Notes: generated from the letters alone by a model not told the origin. DNA of 64,000 nucleotides from an uncultured bacterium (GCA_937879955.1 CALFMK010000001.1:361853-425852), one strand, 5' to 3'. Counted from the first letter of the stretch, positions 45,759-57,132 are shown. Numbers and translations are program-made.

Positions 45759-47939
45759 ATGAAGCCCGAGGACCTCGTCTCCCAGCATTTCACCCGCCTC
45801 AAGCCCGACCAGAAGCGGGCGCTCGAGAAGCTCGGTATCCGCACGATCCTCGACCTGCTCTATCACTTCCCCGCCCGCTACGAGGCGGCAGGTCCGACCG
45901 GTACCATCGGGAGCGCCACTGCCGGCAGCGAGGTGACGCTCTACGGCACCATCCGGAAGCCCGAGGCGAAGAGGGCGTGGAAATCGAAGCGGCCCATGGG
46001 AGAGGCATGGCTCGAGGACGCGTCAGGGCGCATGAAGCTCCGCTGGTTCTCGCAGCCCTACATCGCGAAATCGCTCGCGGACGGCATGGTGGTGAAAGCG
46101 TCCGGGAAGATCGCGGGGACCGGCGACAAGATCTACCTCGCGAACCCCGAGATAGACCGCTCCCCCGTGAACCCGGAGGACGTGCACGACACCCTCTTCA
46201 CGGCCGCGGACGAGGTCGGCACGCAGATCCTCGAGGACACCCTGTATGCGATCTACCCGGAATCGAAGGGCGTCTCCTCGCTCTGGTTCCTGCACGCGAT
46301 GAAGCGCGTGTTCGAGGCGGGCGTGCACGAGCGTCTCGCCGACCCCATCCCGAAGGACATGCTCGACCGGTACAGCCTCCCGACCCTCGCGACCGCGCTC
46401 ATCTGGATGCACGCGCCGAGGAAGCTGCCGGACGCGCAGGCGGCGAGGAAGCGCTTCGCGTTCCAGGAGGTGCTCTCGATCCAGCTCACCACGCAGCGCA
46501 GGAGACTCGAGGCGACGCAGGAGCGCGCGCTCCCGGTGGACGCGAACCGCGAGGCGCTCCGCGCATTCATGGACTCGTTTCCCTTCCCGCCGACCGACGC
46601 CCAGGAGTCGTCCATCGAATCGATCGTCGCGGACTTCGAGAAGCCGCACCCGATGCGCCGTCTCCTCGAGGGCGACGTCGGCAGCGGCAAGACCGCGGTC
46701 GCGGCCGCCACCGCCTACATGGTGGCGAATTCCCGCCCGCCGGGCCGCAAGGCAGGTACGCTCCAGGTCGCGTACATGTGCCCGACCGAGATCCTCGCGA
46801 AGCAGCACTTCTCGACCTTCGTCTCGTACTTCAAGGACCACCCGATCCCGATCGGCCTCATCACCGGCAGCGAGTGCCGGAAGTTCCCCTCGAAGGTGCG
46901 ATACGAGGAGTCCGCGAAGGTCTCGCGCGCGCAGTTCGCCAAGTGGGTGGCGAACGGCGAGATCCCGATCGTCATCGGCACGCACGCGCTCGTCTATAAG
47001 TCACTGAAGTTCCAGAATCTCGCGTACGCGATCATCGACGAGCAGCACCGCTTCGGGAAGGCGCATCGCCAGAAGCTCACCAGGAAGGACGGGCAGCTCT
47101 CGCCGCATCTCCTCTCCATGACGGCGACGCCGATCCCGCGCACGCTCGCCCTCTCCATATACGGAGACCTGGACCTCTCGCTCCTCGATCAGATGCCGCT
47201 CGGAAGAAAGCCCATCATCACGGAAGTGCTCGGTCCCGAGAAGCGCGAGCAGGCGTACGAGCGCGTGAAGAGCGAGCTTTCGGCAGGACACCAGGCATAC
47301 GTGATCTGCCCGCGCATCGACGAGCCAGACCCCGCGAAGGAGTTCGCCGTACAGGCGAAGAGCGTGAAGGCGGAGGCGGAACGGCTGAAGCGGGACGTGT
47401 TCCCTGACGCGGAGATAGACATCCTGCACAGCAAGATGACGCCGAAGGCGAAGGAGGACGTGATGAAGCGGTTCGAGGACGGCACGGTCGACATACTCGT
47501 AGCGACATCGGTCGTGGAAGTGGGCGTGAACGTGCCGAACGCGACCGTGATCCTCATCGAGGGCGCCGAGCGCTTCGGTCTCGCCCAGCTGCATCAGCTG
47601 CGCGGCCGCGTGATCCGCTCGAGCAACCAGGCGTACTGCTTCGCGCTCCCGAACTCCTACGGACCCGTCACGAAGGAGCGCCTCAAGGCCCTCACCACGG
47701 CGAAGAACGGATTCGAGCTCGCCGAGTACGACCTCGCGCTCCGCGGCGCGGGCGAACTCTACGGCGCGCGCCAGTGGGGCGTCTCGGACATCGCCATGGA
47801 GGCCCTCAAGAACATAAAGATGGTGGAGGCTGCCCGGAAGGAGGCGCAGGCGCTCGTGAAGAAGGATCCGGAGCTCAAGAAGCACCCGCTCCTGGCCGCG
47901 CTCGCGAAGGAGGCGGACGAGGAAGTGCATCCTGAATAA
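45759..47939 (+). CDS. recG: ATP-dependent DNA helicase RecG
   Basis: Wedge domain, Walker A GDVGSGKT, DEQH box and helicase C-terminal motifs, 726 aa. Confidence 0.9.
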   Translation: MKPEDLVSQHFTRLKPDQKRALEKLGIRTILDLLYHFPARYEAAGPTGTIGSATAGSEVTLYGTIRKPEAKRAWKSKRPMGEAWLEDASGRMKLRWFSQPYIAKSLADGMVVKASGKIAGTGDKIYLANPEIDRSPVNPEDVHDTLFTAADEVGTQILEDTLYAIYPESKGVSSLWFLHAMKRVFEAGVHERLADPIPKDMLDRYSLPTLATALIWMHAPRKLPDAQAARKRFAFQEVLSIQLTTQRRRLEATQERALPVDANREALRAFMDSFPFPPTDAQESSIESIVADFEKPHPMRRLLEGDVGSGKTAVAAATAYMVANSRPPGRKAGTLQVAYMCPTEILAKQHFSTFVSYFKDHPIPIGLITGSECRKFPSKVRYEESAKVSRAQFAKWVANGEIPIVIGTHALVYKSLKFQNLAYAIIDEQHRFGKAHRQKLTRKDGQLSPHLLSMTATPIPRTLALSIYGDLDLSLLDQMPLGRKPIITEVLGPEKREQAYERVKSELSAGHQAYVICPRIDEPDPAKEFAVQAKSVKAEAERLKRDVFPDAEIDILHSKMTPKAKEDVMKRFEDGTVDILVATSVVEVGVNVPNATVILIEGAERFGLAQLHQLRGRVIRSSNQAYCFALPNSYGPVTKERLKALTTAKNGFELAEYDLALRGAGELYGARQWGVSDIAMEALKNIKMVEAARKEAQALVKKDPELKKHPLLAALAKEADEEVHPE

Positions 47940-47959
47940 GGGTGCGATACAGTACAGGG

Positions 47960-48033
47960 GCACCCTTAGCTCAGTTGGTTAGAGCACCGAGCTTATACCT
48001 CGGCGGTCCTTGGTTCGAGTCCAAGAGGGTGCA
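47960..48033 (+). tRNA. tRNA-Ile with anticodon TAT (UAU)
   Basis: Acceptor GCACCCT/AGGGTGC, D-arm TAGCTCAGTTGGTTAGAGC, perfect anticodon stem CCGAG/CTCGG, loop CTTATAC, T-loop TTCGAGT. Confidence 0.7.
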
Positions 48034-48106
48034 CCGATTTACGGGAAGTGCGTAGACGGGGCTTTTCTGGTACGGTGCAATCAGGTAAGACAGAAGGAGT
48101 ACTGAT

Positions 48107-48352
48107 GTGCCTATAATGATTGCACTGTTCCTTTGGGGACCGATGGCGATCCGTGAAGGACGACGTGCAGGATGGTTCTACGCCCTCGCGATCGTCCTCA
48201 TAACCCTCATCGTCACCCTCGCGTACGTGACCTTCGCCATCGCCCCGACGCCGATGGCAAACTATGGCCTCGTTCCCGCAGCGCATCTCTGGTACGCGCT
48301 TGCTGGTACCCTGTACTGGCTCACGCGCAAGAGCTCGCTCGCGAAAACCTGA
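48107..48352 (+). CDS. small two-TM membrane protein (hypothetical)
   Basis: 81-aa hydrophobic ORF downstream of tRNA-Ile. Coding evidence is weak. Confidence 0.3.
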   Translation: MPIMIALFLWGPMAIREGRRAGWFYALAIVLITLIVTLAYVTFAIAPTPMANYGLVPAAHLWYALAGTLYWLTRKSSLAKT

Positions 48353-48421
48353 CCCGGTACGGTCACGATGAAAAGAATAATGGCGGACTCTCGCGAGTCC
48401 GCCATTTCCTTATAACTACCG

Positions 48422-50422
<2,001 letters not shown>

Positions 50423-50890
50423 ATGCTGGTACCCTTCCTATATATGAGCGCACTCATAGAGAACAAGAAGGCGCGCCTCCGGTTCGAGGTGCTTGAGACC
50501 TACCAGGCAGGCCTCGAGCTCCAGGGGTTCGAGGTGAAATCCGTCCGGGCGAAGCTCGGCAGCCTCGACGGCTCCCGCGTGATCGTGCGCGGGGGCGAGG
50601 CCTTCATCGTCGGCATGACGGTCCCTCCCTACCAGGCCGCGAACGCGCCCAAGACCTATGACCCAGAGCGTCCGCGCCGCCTCCTCCTCTCGCGCAAGGA
50701 GATCGTCGAGCTGCTCGAGGCAGAGTCGAAGAAAGGATTGACACTAGTGCCTTTGGAACTGTATAATAGTGGCAGATACCTGAAGGCACGCATCGCCATC
50801 GTCCGCGGAAAAGGCAAGGCTGACAAGCGCGAAGACATGAAGCGCATGGAGGCTAAGAAGGAAGCGGACCGTGCGATGCGCCAGAAGTAG
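50423..50890 (+). CDS. smpB: SsrA-binding protein SmpB
   Basis: Conserved SmpB blocks (IENKKA..F, GFEVKSV, RKLLL.K.EI). The real start is probably at 50444. Confidence 0.8.
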   Translation: MLVPFLYMSALIENKKARLRFEVLETYQAGLELQGFEVKSVRAKLGSLDGSRVIVRGGEAFIVGMTVPPYQAANAPKTYDPERPRRLLLSRKEIVELLEAESKKGLTLVPLELYNSGRYLKARIAIVRGKGKADKREDMKRMEAKKEADRAMRQK

Positions 50891-50913
50891 CTTGAGAGAA
50901 TGAATGTCTGAAA

Positions 50914-51138
50914 GTGACGAGCCAGATAACGGAGGAAGAGATGGCGAAGCACGAAGACGGTATGCGTATCGACCCGGCCGCGCGTGAGAGCGGCTGCCAG
51001 TTCATGGCCAAGATCGAGATGTCCGGAGAGGACGATCGGTACACCGATCCGATCTGGGACAGCGAGCAGCCCGGCTTCGCCGAGGACGACAGCGGCAGGA
51101 ACGATACCCGCCTGCCGCTCGACCAGCTTCTCCGCTGA
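50914..51138 (+). CDS. small acidic hypothetical protein between smpB and ssrA
   Basis: 74 aa with genome-typical GC3 codon bias. Very acidic. No family recognised. Confidence 0.3.
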   Translation: MTSQITEEEMAKHEDGMRIDPAARESGCQFMAKIEMSGEDDRYTDPIWDSEQPGFAEDDSGRNDTRLPLDQLLR

Positions 51139-51258
51139 CGCAGCGGCATCACTACCGGAGAATCGCTTGGGATAGCCGGCGATTCTCCTCACTTTCAGGT
51201 ATTCATTCTGTGCGGGCCCCTCCCGTTCTGGAACCGTTCTCCTGACCGGTTCCAGAAC

Positions 51259-51667
51259 GGGGGTGACCGGCTTTGACGGTCCTGTACTTTGAGAGACGTG
51301 CGGCGCGGTGGAAGGATGCTGACCACCTAAAAACGCATTCACCCAAACTTGCCAAGAACACTCTTGCAAGCGTGAAGTCCCCGTACTTCGGTATGAAGGA
51401 TTTCGCGTTCGCTTACGCGTAAAAGCTTCGCGCTTTCGCCTGAGCGACGTTCATGCAGTCCCGTTCCTTCAGGGGTCTGTATGGGCGGAATCATCTGAAG
51501 GATCGGTATCGCGGCTTTCCCAGGCCACGGCTTAAAAGACGGGATCAGGCAGGGGCGTTTTCGCTAACGTTCCTATTCCCCTGCCGAAGCTTCAACGTTA
51601 GCTACGCGCCGTAGACTCGCTCTTGAAGCAGGATTCGGACCGGAGTTCGACTCTCCGCACCTCCACC
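51259..51667 (+). ncRNA. ssrA: tmRNA (ssrA), standard one-piece
   Basis: 5' GGGGGUGACCGGCUUUGACGG matches the tmRNA 5' consensus. The 3' tRNA-like end is GGACCGGAGTTCGACTCTCCG-CACCTCC-A-CC, whose acceptor is complementary to the 5' end. It lies 370 bp downstream of smpB. Candidate tag ORF is ...KSPYFGMKDFAFAYA*. Confidence 0.7.
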
Positions 51668-51693
51668 GATATAGAACTATGTAGAAATACATA

Positions 51694-51733
51694 GAACATT
51701 AGAAAACCGCCTCATGGGCGGTTTTCTAATGTT
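51694..51733. terminator. 18-bp perfect hairpin (GAACATTAGAAAACCGCC-TCAT-GGCGGTTTTCTAATGTTC) between ssrA and the convergent DUF305 gene
   Basis: Seen directly in the sequence, with T-tracts inside the 3' arm on both strands. Confidence 0.55.
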
Positions 51734-51746
51734 CTACAGCTAGGAG

Positions 51747-52142
51747 CTACTTCCCGTACCAAGCTTTCTGCCAATCTTGCATCTCTTTAATCTCGGCGTT
51801 CTGTGCAGAGATTATGTTCTTTGCCAGGTCCTTTATCTCTTGATGCTTTGCATCCTTGAGGGCTGCCTCTGCCATTACTACTGCTCCCTGATGATGCATG
51901 ATCATCTCGCTCAAGAACGCTTGATCAAATGCATCTCCTGTTTTTCCAGAGAGACCCTGCATCATGGAATCCATTTCTCCCTGCATCCCGTTCATTGGAC
52001 CTCCCATGGTCGTTCCGTCGGCCATCATATGGCCACCAGTATTTACTACTGGCTCGGAAACCTTATTCATGCCCAGAGCGTATCCACCGCCGGCACCGAT
52101 AATAAGTGCGACGAGCCCGATAACAACTACGTTCTTTTCCAT
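51747..52142 (-). CDS. DUF305 family protein (secreted or membrane-anchored)
   Basis: DQAFLSEMIMHHQGAVVMAE...AEIKEMQDW matches the DUF305 signature. It is in a lower-GC region. Confidence 0.6.
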   Translation of the reverse strand: MEKNVVVIGLVALIIGAGGGYALGMNKVSEPVVNTGGHMMADGTTMGGPMNGMQGEMDSMMQGLSGKTGDAFDQAFLSEMIMHHQGAVVMAEAALKDAKHQEIKDLAKNIISAQNAEIKEMQDWQKAWYGK

Positions 52143-52182
52143 AGAGTTTAATTAGATTAGATAAGTAGAGAGTTTGCTAAAT

Positions 52183-52551
52183 CTATGGAGCCTTAGGGTG
52201 AAGAATCCCGCGTGAGAATAGCTCTTGCAACAATGGAGGTGCTGGATAGAAACGTCTGCGATATCCGGGCGGCCGTTCGGGCCTTGGAACAATGGGCCAA
52301 ACCCTTGCGAGAATAAAGACAGGTATGGCAAACGTGAGAATCTCGACAAGTGCGATAGTAAACGTATTCTGCCAGCTTGTTATGTGGTCCAAGGCTGACA
52401 TGGGACAGAGCGAAGTTTCACCCTGCATGAAGGGACATCCGCCAGGTGTCTGGTCCATAGGCATGGCCATTAAAAACAGCATCAGGAGAGGAACGGTGAG
52501 CACGAGGAGTAGCGTCCCCCAGGAACCAGCCCTCTGTATCTGCTCGGTCAT
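52183..52551 (-). CDS. small membrane protein with Met/Cys-rich motif (MPMDQTPGGCPFMQGETSLCPM), a putative metal-binding site
   Basis: Two or three TM helices. The Met-rich Cys pair is reminiscent of Cu(I)-binding motifs. Confidence 0.4.
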   Translation of the reverse strand: MTEQIQRAGSWGTLLLVLTVPLLMLFLMAMPMDQTPGGCPFMQGETSLCPMSALDHITSWQNTFTIALVEILTFAIPVFILARVWPIVPRPERPPGYRRRFYPAPPLLQELFSRGILHPKAP

Positions 52552-52630
52552 GCACTCATTCTATACCTATTGTTTATGGACAAAAGGTACACTTCTTCTA
52601 GGTATTACTGGCTCACAGCACATAAATTTT

Positions 52631-53089
52631 ATGACCCCCAGAGACACGTCATACGGCAAGCTGGCCCTAATGGCCGGACTTCACTTAATCGCAATGTTCT
52701 TCCTCATGTTCGCGATGGTAAATACTTTTGCGAACGCCATTCCGAATATTAACTTCGTCTATATGGCCGCTCTTATGACCGCGCCGATGCTCATTCTCGA
52801 GATACTTCTTATGGGAATGATGTACAAGGACAGGAAATTAAATGTGACGGTTGTTTGTTTTGGCCTTATACTCCTTGCGGTTTCATTCTTACTTATTCGA
52901 TTCCAGACAGGTGTTGGAGACAGGGGGTTTCTCCAATCCATGATTCCTCATCACTCAGGAGCAATTCTCATGTGCGAGAAGGCAAACATCACTGATCCTG
53001 AGATCAAACAGCTGTGCGACGACATTATTCTCAGCCAGCGACAGGAGATAACTCAGATGAAAGAAATTCTTAGTCGACTGGACCGATAA
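52631..53089 (+). CDS. DUF305 family protein (second copy)
   Basis: Two TM helices, then MIPHHSGAILMCE...QEITQMKEIL, which is the DUF305 signature. Start set at MTPRD, since the upstream ORF-track extension overlaps the minus-strand gene. Confidence 0.55.
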   Translation: MTPRDTSYGKLALMAGLHLIAMFFLMFAMVNTFANAIPNINFVYMAALMTAPMLILEILLMGMMYKDRKLNVTVVCFGLILLAVSFLLIRFQTGVGDRGFLQSMIPHHSGAILMCEKANITDPEIKQLCDDIILSQRQEITQMKEILSRLDR

Positions 53090-53324
53090 ATGGCAAATCG
53101 AGGTAGGTTCTAATCTGAAAGCACCCGACTTCCATGTTTGTATGGACTGGTTGGCCTCTGCTCATTTTGACACCCTACCAACTGTCCGCTACAGAAAGGA
53201 AATACGAAGCCCTGCTTTCCAGTCATGAGGCTCTAACTTCGTGTAGCCACTTCCATCCAGTTTCAATAAAAGGCCTCTTCGGAGGCCTTTTATGTTGGCA
53301 CGTCTTGACGGTTTTTTTGGGGTT

Positions 53325-53981
53325 TTATTCTGCGCGCAGACTATCTACTATCTGGTCCACAACACTATCAGGGATGACCTGATCTTCTGAGCGGTCATAC
53401 CACATGGCTATGACTGGATACGAGGGATTCTTTGTCTCGATGAACGTTACGAAGAAAATCTCATCGCCGCACTCTTCGAAACCATTGCACGCAGGCAGAT
53501 ACCCGACCTTAACTACCGTTAGCCCGTGGGCGTTGACGCTCTTGGCGCAGGAAAGCGGGTATAGACCCTGATCGCAATACTTGTGAATGTCCCAGGTGCG
53601 AAGCGTATCTTCACGCGAAGGCTCGCGCGGGGTCGGATACTGTGCGAACAATGCGCTCTCTGCCGACATGAACCAGAGCGTGCCATTCTTGCCGGCAACT
53701 CCTAAGTAACGGTGATCGCACTGATCTTCGGGGGTACGGAGTTCCGGCGGACAGTCGCCCCGCTCCCTCACCGCTTCCTCTATAGGGCTTTCGAGCGAGT
53801 ACTCGAAGGCGATGCCTAGGGCGGGGCTTACATAGGTGCGCGTAGAGTACGTATCTTGCACGCTGTGGTTCTCCCCTTCCCTGGTCACTCCTAGCATGAA
53901 TCCGAGAACTGCCACGATGACGAGCGCGACCCCGAGCAGCAGCGCGCGGAGGAGCGGAGAATTGATTATGGTCTTATACAT
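53325..53981 (-). CDS. membrane-anchored hypothetical protein with Cys-rich extracytoplasmic domain
   Basis: N-terminal TM and several Cys pairs. No family recognised. Confidence 0.45.
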   Translation of the reverse strand: MYKTIINSPLLRALLLGVALVIVAVLGFMLGVTREGENHSVQDTYSTRTYVSPALGIAFEYSLESPIEEAVRERGDCPPELRTPEDQCDHRYLGVAGKNGTLWFMSAESALFAQYPTPREPSREDTLRTWDIHKYCDQGLYPLSCAKSVNAHGLTVVKVGYLPACNGFEECGDEIFFVTFIETKNPSYPVIAMWYDRSEDQVIPDSVVDQIVDSLRAE

Positions 53982-53985
53982 ACGA

Positions 53986-54795
53986 TTATGTTGCTAGCCA
54001 GCCCCCGTCAACATAGAACGTTGCCCCCGTGCAATAGCTTGACTCATCGGAAGCAAGGAACGCGACCAGTGCTGATACCTCCTCTGGCTTTCCCATTCGC
54101 TTGAGCGGTATCCCTGCAAGCATCTGATCGCGCGTCTCACTCGTGGCATCGGAATTTCGCACCATGGGCGTATCTATGGCTCCTGGAGCGATCGCGTTTA
54201 CAAGAATGCCGTGCGGCGCAAGCTCGATCGCCAGCGCTTCAGTCATGGCGATAACTCCGCCCTTCGACGCCGCGTAATGCACGCCTCCAGCGATGCCGAT
54301 TCCCACCTGCCCAGAGGCTACGGAGGAGATATTGATTATCCTCCCGCCTCCATCCCTAGCCATCTCCTGTGCAGCGCGCTGAGCGCACAGGAACTGTCCC
54401 TTGAGATTCACATCGAGCATGCGGACCCATGCTTCTTCCGTAAGCTCAAGCGCAGGCGCGGTCTCGTAGATGCCTGCGTTATTCACCAGGATATCCAGCC
54501 GACCATACTTCATGATGATGCCGGCAATGACCTCATTGACTTCATGCTTCTGGGATACGTCGAGACGGAAGCAGGTGGACTCGCTATCGCACACCTCATT
54601 CACCTCCTGCATGACCCTGCGGCAATCGTTCAGATTCACATCGGTAATGATCACCGTTGCTCCCTGCTTGGCGAGCGTGAGCGCGTGAGTGCGACCCATT
54701 CCCCTTCCTGCCCCCGTAATGAGCGCGACTTTGTCTTTGAGGCTGAACATGCGCATGGCGTTAGGTTGGATAATGTATGGCGCGTCTTCTAGCAT
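53986..54795 (-). CDS. SDR-family oxidoreductase (short-chain dehydrogenase/reductase)
   Basis: TGAGRGMG cofactor motif, NNAG, and the catalytic S...YAASK triad. Confidence 0.85.
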   Translation of the reverse strand: MLEDAPYIIQPNAMRMFSLKDKVALITGAGRGMGRTHALTLAKQGATVIITDVNLNDCRRVMQEVNEVCDSESTCFRLDVSQKHEVNEVIAGIIMKYGRLDILVNNAGIYETAPALELTEEAWVRMLDVNLKGQFLCAQRAAQEMARDGGGRIINISSVASGQVGIGIAGGVHYAASKGGVIAMTEALAIELAPHGILVNAIAPGAIDTPMVRNSDATSETRDQMLAGIPLKRMGKPEEVSALVAFLASDESSYCTGATFYVDGGWLAT

Positions 54796-54857
54796 CGAGC
54801 GGTGCTCAGGAAAAGGAAAAGCACCTTGTCACGCGTGATGATCTCGTACGCCATATA

Positions 54858-55391
54858 TCAGTTCATGAGCATTACTGCGTAATTGATAGCCACGGCAATC
54901 ACGACCCAGGCGAGATAGGGCGCGAGCAGCCATGCAGCAGCCTTCGATGAGTTCTTCACCCGCAGGATAAGGACCAGCACGGATACGCCGACGACGACCG
55001 CTGCCCATAAGGCAGGCACGAGCTGATGAATCCCGAAGAAGAGATAGTTCCAGAGAAGGATCAGGAGCGCGTTGCCCATGTACACGAGCACCGTGCTCCG
55101 GAACGCTCGTGTCTGCTCTTTCTGCGCATCACAAAAGATGCTTAGCGATAGGACCGTAGTTACGAACAGCGTTCCCCATATGGCCGCGATGACGAGCTCG
55201 GGCGGAGTCCATAGCGGCGTATGCAAGCTTCCGTACCAACCCAGACCGAGAGTCGTGATGATGCCGATCGCAAAGAACACCAGGGTGGCTGCGTAGAAGA
55301 TGAAGAAGTCACGGACAACCCTGTCGCTAAACGCGCCCGGGGGCAGGCTCGTCACTGCAGGGATGTTAGGGGTACTCATGTCTTGGATCAT
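54858..55391 (-). CDS. tspO: TspO/MBR (tryptophan-rich sensory protein) family
   Basis: Five TM helices with Trp-rich loops (WNYLFF, LLAPYLAWV). Confidence 0.65.
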   Translation of the reverse strand: MIQDMSTPNIPAVTSLPPGAFSDRVVRDFFIFYAATLVFFAIGIITTLGLGWYGSLHTPLWTPPELVIAAIWGTLFVTTVLSLSIFCDAQKEQTRAFRSTVLVYMGNALLILLWNYLFFGIHQLVPALWAAVVVGVSVLVLILRVKNSSKAAAWLLAPYLAWVVIAVAINYAVMLMN

Positions 55392-55457
55392 AGTCGTAAT
55401 CTGAGGATAGCTTCCTATATGTTCGTCATGTAACCTTTCATGCCTTCCGCCGGGCTT

Positions 55458-55943
55458 CTACAGAGGCGGCTCCGCCGGATCGACTCGAGTGAGTACCTGG
55501 TCCGTGCCTGTACCGAACGTAAAGTCTCCCCACCTGACCCAGGCAGGCGAGAGGCGGTAGAACTTGAGCTCGCTGCTATCAAGATGCGATAGCGGTATGC
55601 CGTACTGCTTGTCGGTCATGAGCCTGTGCACGAAGCCAGTGAGCAGCGGGTCATTGGTGGCGGTGTACGTAAGGTCAGCAACATCCCCTTCTACCTGAAT
55701 AGTCTTCGGAGTTCCCGCCTCTGACACAACGAAAGCAGCTTTCTGATTGGAAGTCAGGTCGGCAGCCTTTCGAGTGTTCTTGAGGGTTATGAAATAAATA
55801 TTGAATGCGTCATCGCACGTATAGTAAATCGTGCGTGCGTGCGGTTCTCCGGCACGAGAGACAGTGGCCAACACGCCAACATCATGGTCGACCAAGAATG
55901 ACAGAGCCTCGTCTCGCTCTCCTTCTGTGTCTGACTCCTTCAT
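55458..55943 (-). CDS. pyridoxamine 5'-phosphate oxidase-like FMN-binding split-barrel protein
   Basis: GVLATVSRAGEPHARTIYY... is typical of the PNPOx-like / general stress protein 26 fold. Confidence 0.55.
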   Translation of the reverse strand: MKESDTEGERDEALSFLVDHDVGVLATVSRAGEPHARTIYYTCDDAFNIYFITLKNTRKAADLTSNQKAAFVVSEAGTPKTIQVEGDVADLTYTATNDPLLTGFVHRLMTDKQYGIPLSHLDSSELKFYRLSPAWVRWGDFTFGTGTDQVLTRVDPAEPPL

Positions 55944-56099
55944 GAAGCAATGGTACACCTTAATACAGCAACTCAATAGTCTGTATAGGAAGCCCGCTAT
56001 CCTTAAAACAAGGGTCCTAGGAGCCTGGCTTAAAAAGGGCTCTAGGAAACCACCTCCCTCTGGATTACAGCCTGTGTGAGTCCTTAATCAGAGCGCTAC

Positions 56100-56669
56100 T
56101 CAGTTCCCTCCGAGGCACCGCTGCTGGTAGACGCCGCTCTTATTCAGCCAGTCTGCACCGGTTCCGCTATATTTCTGCGCGCAATACGGCGGGTTGTTCC
56201 CCACTTCGTACGCGTTCGAGTAATAGCCACCATCGTTCGCGCCGATGTTCGTCTCTACATAGACTAAGAGCCCGTATGACTGCCGCGCATCGTCCGACTG
56301 TGACGCATAGGAATAGTAGTAGTTGCCCTGGGTCGCGTTCGAGAGCGATTCCGGTCTGATGGAGATGTACGGCGCGAGCGCGGTCGTGAGGGTATTGAGT
56401 CGGTCACAGTGCCCCCAGTTCTCCGTGAGCGATCCGCACGTGGACTCCGCACCGAGCCCGTGCTCGATCGCCGGATACGCGCCGTTCGCCGCATAGTAGA
56501 GCTCGAGCGCCTTCGCTATCTCTTTCGCCTGCGCGACGCGAGCCGCATCCCGAGCCTTCGCGCGCGCGGTATTGAGGGATGCCATGACCACCGACGAGAG
56601 GATGCCGATGATCGCGATGACCACGAGGAGCTCGATGAGGGTGAAGCCTGTAGGTCGATTCGTTTTCAT
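56100..56669 (-). CDS. type IV pilin-like protein (dispersed paralogue)
   Basis: PTG-FTLIELLVVIAIIGILSSVVMASLNTARAKARD N-terminus. Start set at MKTNRPTG. Confidence 0.7.
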   Translation of the reverse strand: MKTNRPTGFTLIELLVVIAIIGILSSVVMASLNTARAKARDAARVAQAKEIAKALELYYAANGAYPAIEHGLGAESTCGSLTENWGHCDRLNTLTTALAPYISIRPESLSNATQGNYYYSYASQSDDARQSYGLLVYVETNIGANDGGYYSNAYEVGNNPPYCAQKYSGTGADWLNKSGVYQQRCLGGN

Positions 56670-56813
56670 CGCCCTCAAGTATACAAGGCGTAGTGGCACG
56701 ATATGTCTGAGTCTGGTCCATGCATCTATGTACAATTTCATAAATATGTACTATAGTTACCACAAGGACGCCCGGATGGCGGGATAGGTCCTCAAGCTGA
56801 AGGATTATTCGGT

Positions 56814-57095
56814 ATGAAGAAAGCTCTTTTCGTGGGCGCCATGGCGGCCCTGCTCTTCACGAGCCAGGCCCAGGCCATCGGCCGCAACAGCGACAAGAAC
56901 CTCAGGATCGCCACCGCGACCAAGATCGGCGGCATCCTGAGCGACGACGTGACCCTGTCCGACGTCAAGCGCAAGATGCTGAGCGTGAAGTGGACGGCCA
57001 CGACGCCCTCCGGCACCTACCGCTGCGAAGCCGACGACATGGTCGAGCACGTCAACTGCATCAAGGTCGCCGCCACGGTCGCCGACAACAAGTAG
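56814..57095 (+). CDS. small secreted protein (signal peptide, two Cys)
   Basis: Signal peptide MKKALFVGAMAALLFTSQAQA and good codon bias. Followed by a terminator. Confidence 0.5.
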   Translation: MKKALFVGAMAALLFTSQAQAIGRNSDKNLRIATATKIGGILSDDVTLSDVKRKMLSVKWTATTPSGTYRCEADDMVEHVNCIKVAATVADNK

Positions 57096-57132
57096 CGAAG
57101 GCAGAACAACTCTTGCGTATCTATCACATGTA

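Noticed and set aside
46023-47963. Two ~320-aa minus-strand ORFs antisense to recG
   Set aside because: Antisense to a full-length RecG with all helicase motifs.
56070-56085. CACCTCC 7-mer as a possible attR duplicate of the tmRNA 3' end
   Set aside because: It is only 7 nt long and such a match is expected by chance. I kept it only as a note inside the islet finding.
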